From: Bacteroidia bacterium
GTDB lineage: Bacteria; Bacteroidota; Ignavibacteria; SZUA-365
Reading direction: 5' to 3'
Assembly (NCBI GenBank): GCA_027493955.1
Contig: JAOSJT010000001.1
Span: forward strand, 1,349,131 to 1,413,130
Length of the DNA stretch: 64,000 nt
Both the position numbers and the translations under genes were made by a program. The notes beneath the pieces are model-generated. The model was given only the letters and a program-made list of their open reading frames with translations, had not been told where the DNA came from and searched no databases. Below, in pieces: positions 57,424 through 64,000 of this stretch; the stretch's first letter is position 1; each line of letters opens with the position of its first letter.

Positions 57424-59937
57424 ATGGAGGCAGCGATGCCTCGGAACAACCTTCGCAAGGCGCTCTTCGTTCTGCTCGAGGTCATCGTGCTGTTTCTCTG
57501 TGCAATGGGCATTAAACAGAGCGCAGAAAAGGCGACCATTCACAAGAGCGACCTCATTGATCGGCAGACGCGCGGAGATTCGATTATCGTGTCCGACAGC
57601 AAAGGGAATCTGCAAAAAGGCGATCAACTGCTGGAGATCGATGGTATCAGGCTCCATCATGTGTACGACGTCGAGTTCGTCCTCGACGGCAAGCCGATCG
57701 GCGCTGATGTCGCCCTGACCATCGGAAGAGATGGAAAGCGGCTGGTCGTTCATGAGAGGCTCACAGCGTATTATTCACCGTTTGACATCGTTGCGCAGCT
57801 GCTCGCCGCGGCCGGCTGTCTCCTGATTGGCATCTTTGTGCTGTCAAGCCGCCCGGGTGATGCTGCCGCTATCCGGTTCAAAGGACTGACGATGGTGGTT
57901 GCCTGTCTTGTCAGCTTTACGGCCGGTTATTACCGAACCGAACCGGAAGGGATCGGCTATCTGCTTCGATTTCTTTTCCCTGCGAAGTACATCTGGACGG
58001 GAGCGTTCCTCCTCGATTTCTGCCTGAGGTATGCCGCCCCACGGCAGCAACCGCGTCGGAGTTTTCTCTACGTATTGTATGCACTGCCCATTATCGCAAC
58101 GATACTGGGTACAGTCTTTTCCATTCGCGCTTTTGCATCCACAGACCTTCTCGATGCTGTGCCGTACTATACCATACTCACCTTGTTCAAGGGCGTGTTG
58201 ATCGTTCTTGCGCTTTGCGCGGTAGGGTATGTACTTCTGCGCTACCATCGTACGAATGACCGCGTCGAGCGGCGAAGACTGATGTGGGTCCTCGGCAGCG
58301 TCGGCTTCAGTGTCGTCTGGTACGTCCTGTTCTGGCAAATACCCACATCCATCGTGATACGGAACACTGTGCCCACGCAGTACCATGCGCTGCTGGATCT
58401 CCTGGAGTTTCCCGAGAGCACGCTGCTGCTTGCGCTGACGCTGAGTTGCCTGGGCATAGCAATCGGAACCGTCCGTCATCGTCTGTTCGACATTGAAGTT
58501 CTTTCGAGGCGTGGACTCGTCACCTTCATTGTCCTGAGTTCTCTTCTTCTGTTGTATGTTCTTACCATGTACATCATCACGCAGAGTTTGGGACAATCGG
58601 ATCAGACCACCTTTATTACGGCATCAACGGTTGTCATGGCACTATTGCTCCTCGCCGTGACACCGATGCGTTCGCTGACACAGCATTTCGTGGATAAATA
58701 CCTGTTTCGTGTCGAGTACGATTTTCGCCTGGCGCTGAGCCGACTACAGGAGGCGATGGATCAGTGCCTGAATACCGACGGTGTCGCCAAAGTGCTTGTG
58801 GATGACCTGACGAATCTGTTGAAAATCGAACAGGCGGTGTTGCTGCAAAGGAACCGAGAGGAGCACTTCACCATCGCCCGGGCGCAGCGGATCACCCGAC
58901 GTCAGGGCTCGTCCATCACCCTCAAGGCGCATCGTCTCCAGGCACTGGACGCTGCGGTGTATGACTTCGGAGGATTCTGCGAACCGAGTGCCGAGATCCC
59001 GCGGCTCGACTTCCCTGGAGCGAAGCGCATGGGTTTCGCACTTGTCAGCGTGTTAAAAGACGAAAGCGACAGGGTTACCGGACTGCTGGTTTTTGGAAGG
59101 AAACTGGGCATGGCACCGTTCAGCGTCGAGGATACCGACATCATTGCCAAGATTTCGGAGCAGGCAACAGGACAACTGGCAAAAATTGTCCTGCAAGAGA
59201 AACTGACGATTGAAATGCATGAAAGTAACCGGCTCCGCGAACTGAACCGCATGAAATCCCAATTCGTGTCCGGTGTGAGTCACGATCTCAAGACACCGCT
59301 CACCGCCATACGCATGTACACGGAAATGATCTCCATGCGTCATGAGAACCTCGACAAAGACACAGGGAAGTATCTGGCCGTGATCGACGGCGAATGCCGG
59401 CGTTTATCGAAACTTGTGGATAATGTGCTCGATTTCTCGCGCATTGAGCAGGGAAAGCGCGAATACCACATGAGAAAAACCGACATTGTGGAACTGGTCG
59501 AAGAGACGGTGGACGTGATGCGCTATCAGTTCGACATCAGCGGCTTCACCTGCACCGTACTCCGCCATTACACATCCTGCCGAGTGCTCATGGACCGACA
59601 GGCCATGCAGGACGCATGCATCAACCTGCTTTCCAATGCGATCAAGTACTCCGGAGAGGCGAAGCATATTACCGTGGAGATCTCGCGTGACGAGTTCTTC
59701 GGACGTATCGCCGTGGAGGATTTCGGCGACGGCATCACCGCGGAGGACATTCCGCATCTTTTTGAGCCGTTCTATCGGTCACACGCCGAGCATGTACAGC
59801 GGCAAGGCGGCGTGGGACTTGGCCTCTCTCTGGTGCGACATATCATGACGGCGCACAAGGGCGCCATAGAAGTACAAAGCGTTCCCGGCCGCGGAAGCAC
59901 GTTCACTCTCATCATACCGATACAGGAGACAGCATGA
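57424..59937 (+). CDS. Multi-pass membrane sensor histidine kinase (N-terminal PDZ-like segment, ~7 TM helices, GAF-like, HisKA, HATPase_c)
   Basis: H-box LKTPLTAIRMYTEM... and SHDLKTPL, N-box LLSNAIKYS, and the G1/G2 boxes DFGDGI...GGVGLGLS. Confidence 0.85.
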   Translation: MEAAMPRNNLRKALFVLLEVIVLFLCAMGIKQSAEKATIHKSDLIDRQTRGDSIIVSDSKGNLQKGDQLLEIDGIRLHHVYDVEFVLDGKPIGADVALTIGRDGKRLVVHERLTAYYSPFDIVAQLLAAAGCLLIGIFVLSSRPGDAAAIRFKGLTMVVACLVSFTAGYYRTEPEGIGYLLRFLFPAKYIWTGAFLLDFCLRYAAPRQQPRRSFLYVLYALPIIATILGTVFSIRAFASTDLLDAVPYYTILTLFKGVLIVLALCAVGYVLLRYHRTNDRVERRRLMWVLGSVGFSVVWYVLFWQIPTSIVIRNTVPTQYHALLDLLEFPESTLLLALTLSCLGIAIGTVRHRLFDIEVLSRRGLVTFIVLSSLLLLYVLTMYIITQSLGQSDQTTFITASTVVMALLLLAVTPMRSLTQHFVDKYLFRVEYDFRLALSRLQEAMDQCLNTDGVAKVLVDDLTNLLKIEQAVLLQRNREEHFTIARAQRITRRQGSSITLKAHRLQALDAAVYDFGGFCEPSAEIPRLDFPGAKRMGFALVSVLKDESDRVTGLLVFGRKLGMAPFSVEDTDIIAKISEQATGQLAKIVLQEKLTIEMHESNRLRELNRMKSQFVSGVSHDLKTPLTAIRMYTEMISMRHENLDKDTGKYLAVIDGECRRLSKLVDNVLDFSRIEQGKREYHMRKTDIVELVEETVDVMRYQFDISGFTCTVLRHYTSCRVLMDRQAMQDACINLLSNAIKYSGEAKHITVEISRDEFFGRIAVEDFGDGITAEDIPHLFEPFYRSHAEHVQRQGGVGLGLSLVRHIMTAHKGAIEVQSVPGRGSTFTLIIPIQETA

Positions 59938-60611
59938 AGCGCATTTTCATTATCGAAGATGATCCGGCGATACGTGAAGGACTCGAAGTAAGCCTCCGGG
60001 ACGCGCATTACGAGGTCGAAGCGGAAGCAGACGGAGAGCGCGGTTTCGTGAAGGTGAAACGCAATCCCCCGGACGCCATCATCCTCGACCTGATGCTGCC
60101 GTCGAAGAACGGTGAGGACATCTGTCGCGACCTTCGCGCGGCAGGTGTGCAAACGCCCATTCTCATGTTGACAAGCAAAGGAAGTGAATTGGATACGGTG
60201 CTGGGTCTGGAACTCGGAGCCGATGATTACATGACAAAACCCTTCTCTCTTCGTGAGCTGCACGCCCGCATCAAGGCCCTGCTCCGACGCGCTCCGGAGA
60301 CGCATCCGGTGGAGGAGATGGAAGTCAACGGTATATGGCTCAACACGCGCACGCGCGAAGTGCTGCGCGACGGGAGCGCCATTGATCTGTCAACGAGGGA
60401 ATTCGATATCCTCACCTATATGATGCAGCATAAGAACGAAGTGATCACACGGGACATGCTGCTCGACGATGTGTGGGGCTACGAGCACTATCCGACGACG
60501 CGCACGGTGGATAACTATATTCTTTCACTGCGTAAAAAAATCGAACCGGAACCGTCGCATCCCAGATACATCATCACCATACACACATCGGGGTATAAAT
60601 TCATTGGCTGA
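59934..60611 (+). CDS. OmpR/PhoB-family response regulator
   Basis: Receiver motif IIEDDP...DAIILDLMLP...LTSKGS, plus a winged-helix trans_reg_C domain. ATGA-overlapped with the kinase gene. Confidence 0.9.
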   Translation: MKRIFIIEDDPAIREGLEVSLRDAHYEVEAEADGERGFVKVKRNPPDAIILDLMLPSKNGEDICRDLRAAGVQTPILMLTSKGSELDTVLGLELGADDYMTKPFSLRELHARIKALLRRAPETHPVEEMEVNGIWLNTRTREVLRDGSAIDLSTREFDILTYMMQHKNEVITRDMLLDDVWGYEHYPTTRTVDNYILSLRKKIEPEPSHPRYIITIHTSGYKFIG

Positions 60612-60715
60612 ACGCAAGCCAGCGATGGAGCCTGCCGCGCTCGGCCCTGAACGCTTCGCTCCGGCACCCACACGCCCGCCGTGGCAGGGAAGTTGCAGTG
60701 GCGGCTCTCTGCGGC

Positions 60716-62683
60716 TCAGGTGGCCGCACTACCACCGACTCCCTCGTGTTCGGAAATCACGATGAGTCGCAATGTCTGACTGATGGCAAGTTGCGATTGA
60801 CGCTCTGGATTGAGCTGCATTGCGGGACTGTCAGTATCACCGCGCTCGATTCCGATCAGCGTATCCCCCGCGGCGGTGACCAGAAGTTGCAGCTGCCCGA
60901 ACGTCATGGTCGTCCCCTCCTCCGCATACCAGACCGACGGTTTGAGATAGATCTCCATTCCCTCTTCATCGAAAAAGTCCCGGATGACAAGTTCGGTGCG
61001 TTTATCCCGGCATATCTGGGCAATCATTTTGCTCACGAGCGAGTTGCTGATAATGACATCTTTTGATGCGCCCGTCGATTCGGCAAGCGCCTTGTTCGCC
61101 GGATCGAGAATCTCGCTGACGATTTGCTGACTGTCGGGAAACGGTTTCCCGCGAAGCACGGCGCTTTCGCGCATGGAGCGCAACAGCAGCAGCAGCATAA
61201 TGACTTTCGTATCCGCGTCCTCATTTCCCTCGCGCCGACCTGCCTCACCGAAAATGATGATCGCGTCATAGTTCTCCGGCTCGACCCGCTCCAGAACTCC
61301 TTCGCTGAGAGCGTCATCGCGAAGAATCTCAAGTGAGAGTGACCGGGTTCTGTAATTTCTGATTTCTGCCTCCGAAAACCAGTCGGGTACGGCAGCGCTC
61401 ACGAGTGTCGCAGTGAACGCGGCGTTCAGTGTGGAAGCATAGCGCAGGTACTCTTCGAGCAATGGCAGCGTTTTCTCATTCCACCCAAGCAGCAGGAGCG
61501 ACTGCACGCGCGGGGTGGTATCGGACGCCGCAGACCGGATTTCAGGCAGTACTGGTATGTTGTTTTCTGTCTGCAGACGCATCGCGTCGTCGCTGCGCGC
61601 GAGACAGATGAGAACGTCGTGCGCGTCCAGGCGGAAATCCGCTTGTCCCGCATGCGGAGCGAGCACGGGTACACCGCGGCGGAAAATGCCTATCGGTATA
61701 GCCTGTGCAAAGGCACGTGCCGCAGCGTGCCACGGCAGCCCGGCCAATGGAGCGGCCGGAGTAAAATGGAGCTCATTTCCGAAATGCGACAGGATTTCCT
61801 CGTACACGCTCACCAGGCCGTTCTGCCGTGCAGTCTGGAGGATGATGCGGCTCAGATGCTCCGCCGGTTGGACCAGGCTGATCGCGACGTCGCCGGCGGC
61901 TGCATACGCGAGACGAAGCATGGATCTGCGATTGAGCTCCGCGACGATCAACGGCGAGCGTCCGCTGTCGGTCTGCTGCACAAGATGCGCGACCGCCATG
62001 ATGCTCTTCACCACCTGCGCATCTCCCCCACTGCTGAGTATGACGACGGTGCTCGCCCGCTGCACGTTGAGGCGTTGCAAATCGCTCATGTCGGTCAGCG
62101 ATCCCTGACGGATCACGCAGCGGGCCTGGCGGCGATTGATGACGCGCTTTACACGTTCATCGATCTCGTCGATGGGATGCTCGGTGTGCAGTACAAAGGT
62201 CGGCCGCGCACCCTCAAGTCCTTCAAGAAGCTCTGTCATGACCGGCAGTACTTTTCCACTCCAACCGAGGATAACGACATGATCCTCTTCAATGACGCGC
62301 GATGTGCCCCGGCGGACCTGCTCGAGTTTTTGCTGCACGCGCGAACCGAACAAACCCACGAGCGCAGCGAAAACGACGAGATTGAACATCGTCATCATGA
62401 GCGAGAGCACCTGCGGCAGTGTAGCGCGCTCTATCCAGTAGCTTTCCAGCACATGCGTGACCACCCACCAGAAGCGCGTGGACGGCCAGAACGGATCGGA
62501 CGCGCCGCTTTCGACATCAAAATCGGATCCGGGTTGTACGGCAAGAATCTCCGCCAGAATATAAAACGCGGAGACAACGGCCGTCACTACCACCGCAGCT
62601 ACCACGAGCTGCAACGCGAAGCCGGATTGGAAGAATTGGTCGCTTTTGTAGCGGAGACGATCCCGGAACGAGGGTGATTTCAT
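60716..62683 (-). CDS. CASTOR/POLLUX-type putative ion channel with tandem RCK (TrkA-N) domains
   Basis: Start MKSPSFRDRLRY at 62683 verified. The N-terminal TM helices are followed by two Rossmann-like RCK domains, HVVILGWSGKV and LLLLGWNEKTL. Confidence 0.65.
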   Translation of the reverse strand: MKSPSFRDRLRYKSDQFFQSGFALQLVVAAVVVTAVVSAFYILAEILAVQPGSDFDVESGASDPFWPSTRFWWVVTHVLESYWIERATLPQVLSLMMTMFNLVVFAALVGLFGSRVQQKLEQVRRGTSRVIEEDHVVILGWSGKVLPVMTELLEGLEGARPTFVLHTEHPIDEIDERVKRVINRRQARCVIRQGSLTDMSDLQRLNVQRASTVVILSSGGDAQVVKSIMAVAHLVQQTDSGRSPLIVAELNRRSMLRLAYAAAGDVAISLVQPAEHLSRIILQTARQNGLVSVYEEILSHFGNELHFTPAAPLAGLPWHAAARAFAQAIPIGIFRRGVPVLAPHAGQADFRLDAHDVLICLARSDDAMRLQTENNIPVLPEIRSAASDTTPRVQSLLLLGWNEKTLPLLEEYLRYASTLNAAFTATLVSAAVPDWFSEAEIRNYRTRSLSLEILRDDALSEGVLERVEPENYDAIIIFGEAGRREGNEDADTKVIMLLLLLRSMRESAVLRGKPFPDSQQIVSEILDPANKALAESTGASKDVIISNSLVSKMIAQICRDKRTELVIRDFFDEEGMEIYLKPSVWYAEEGTTMTFGQLQLLVTAAGDTLIGIERGDTDSPAMQLNPERQSQLAISQTLRLIVISEHEGVGGSAAT

Positions 62684-62964
62684 AAGAGGTACGCCATGTG
62701 AAGAGCATTTCAAGATACAAAAGTCATCCGAAACTGCGAATCCCGTACTGCGACAAACGTCGTGTGCTCTCATCCTGACCGAGTATCGCCACGCCTGCGA
62801 CAGTGCTCCTCACCTCCAGCATGAGGGACTCGTGAAAGAGACCTGTAAACAGAACGGTCCACTGTACCGACTACCAGCGGTATCCTTCCCGCCTCTGTAA
62901 CCCTCCCACTTCGACGCCGATCCTTGACTTCCATTGCCGGCGGGTCTATATTTGCGATGTAGCT

Positions 62965-63040
62965 GCGGGTGTAACTCAGTTGGTAGAGTGTCAGCTTCCC
63001 AAGCTGAATGTCGCGGGTTCGAATCCCGTCTCCCGCTCCA
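62965..63040 (+). tRNA. tRNA-Gly (anticodon CCC), CCA encoded
   Basis: GCGGGTGTAACTCAGTTGGTAGAGTGTCAGCTTCCCAAGCTGAATGTCGCGGGTTCGAATCCCGTCTCCCGCTCCA, with T-loop TTCGAAT and anticodon loop TTCCCAA. Confidence 0.85.
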
Positions 63041-63050
63041 CAAAAGACGC

Positions 63051-63089
63051 AGCGTCCTTCAATTTGTTGGACGCTGTTATTTATTTGGC
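63051..63089 (+). terminator. Putative rho-independent terminator after tRNA-Gly
   Basis: CAGCGTCCttcaatttgttGGACGCTG followed by TTATTTATTT. Confidence 0.5.
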
Positions 63090-63235
63090 AAATCGGGAAT
63101 CGTTCATCGGGAATCGTTCATCGGTCCGCCTGAGATCTCTCATAAGTGCTTCAAATCGTAAATCGGAAGTCGTAAATGCACAAGTCCCGCCCTTTCGGAC
63201 GGGACTTGCGCAGTTTGGAATGTTAGAGATAGCGC

Positions 63236-64000
63236 TTACTTATTCAGCGTCATCTTCACCGTTTTCGAGAAGCTCAGGCCGCTTTCGTTGCCCGTCATGT
63301 TCACGATGGCCAGGTACTGACCGCTCGGAAGATTCGTGGCGTCGAAAGTGTACTGATGCACACCGGCTTCCACAATACCGTCAACCGCCGTCGCCACAAC
63401 GCGACCCAGCATGTCCACCACGCGCAGATGCACGCGGCTCGGCTCGGGTACGCTGTACTGCAGCGTCGTCGTCGGGTTGAACGGATTCGGGAAGTTCTGG
63501 CTCATATCGAAAGTCGTCGGGGCAAAGCTGGCATCGTTGCGCGGCGTGACACCACCGTGCTGCTTCATCCAGTTCATTTTGATGGCGATGTAGTCGAAAT
63601 TATTCACCACACCGTTGCCGTCCGCATCCATGTAGCAGCCCATGGCCGTGAACCACGGCGCGCTGGCCTGCGGCATCCACTGAATGTAGGTCAGCGGATT
63701 CTGTACGGCGTCTGCGCGGTAGCGGGCCGGACCGTTGAGCCACTGCGTGCTCAGGTTGGCGTCATGGATGTACTCGTTCAGATCCTTGCGGTCCGTATAG
63801 TTCACCACGCCGTCGTTGTTCACGTCGCCGGGCCATACTTCGCAGGGCGTGGCGCCGAGGGGCACGAGCAGCAGCGACGAGGGATACGGCATGTAGTTGC
63901 GGTAATAGCCGCAGGAGTTCTTCGTGTTGAAGACAAGCTCGACCTTGTAATAACCCGAAGGCAGCGAAGCTGGCAGATTGAAGTACGAGGTACCGTTCAG
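63236..64000 (-). CDS. T9SS C-terminal-sorting-domain protein with dockerin-like Ca-binding repeats; N-terminus beyond the window end
   Basis: The reading frame continues without a stop to 64000 (I translated it by hand upstream of the ORF-track Met). Dockerin-like segments DVNNDGVVNYTD and DADGNGVVNNFD. C-terminal tail reads FPNPFNPTTTLQYSVPEPSRVHLRVVDMLGRVVATAVDG...YLAIVNMTG. Confidence 0.75.
   Translation of the reverse strand: MNGTSYFNLPASLPSGYYKVELVFNTKNSCGYYRNYMPYPSSLLLVPLGATPCEVWPGDVNNDGVVNYTDRKDLNEYIHDANLSTQWLNGPARYRADAVQNPLTYIQWMPQASAPWFTAMGCYMDADGNGVVNNFDYIAIKMNWMKQHGGVTPRNDASFAPTTFDMSQNFPNPFNPTTTLQYSVPEPSRVHLRVVDMLGRVVATAVDGIVEAGVHQYTFDATNLPSGQYLAIVNMTGNESGLSFSKTVKMTLNK

Overview
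Most of this 64-kb window is chromosomal. It has high GC (~60%) and is dense with proteins carrying T9SS (Por_Secre_tail) C-terminal sorting domains, which is consistent with a Bacteroidota/FCB-group (Rhodothermaeota-like) bacterium. No family or pathway named below was confirmed by a database search; all calls rest on motifs read from the translations.

Housekeeping genes I recognise are ftnA (partial, at the window edge), proS, gdhA, a DEAD-box helicase, a convergent LKR/SDH saccharopine-pathway pair, two tRNAs (Arg-CCT and Gly-CCC), and a two-component HK/OmpR pair.

The accessory content is the more interesting part:
- Three tandem paralogous secreted tail-fibre-like genes (12.5-18.3 kb). 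Each has TASGxxSTAMG-type repeats, a C-terminal Peptidase_S74 intramolecular-chaperone domain and a coiled coil. Copies 2 and 3 share a conserved ~300-bp non-coding leader.
- A tripartite HipB-HipS-HipT toxin-antitoxin operon with three phased palindromic operators.
- A HepT/MntA toxin-antitoxin pair.
- A CarH-like MerR/B12 regulator divergent from a DUF4397-fasciclin-BNR surface-protein operon. That operon is bracketed by 105-bp direct repeats, and the 3' end of the regulator gene sits inside a ~150-bp duplicated element.
- A ~2.7-kb low-GC island encoding three secreted hypothetical proteins.
- A receiver-PPDK_N fusion protein.
- A dispersed 56-bp hairpin repeat family in two large intergenic regions, and a 15-bp x5 VNTR.

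Many long ORFs on the opposite strand of real genes are GC-driven artefacts and were rejected.
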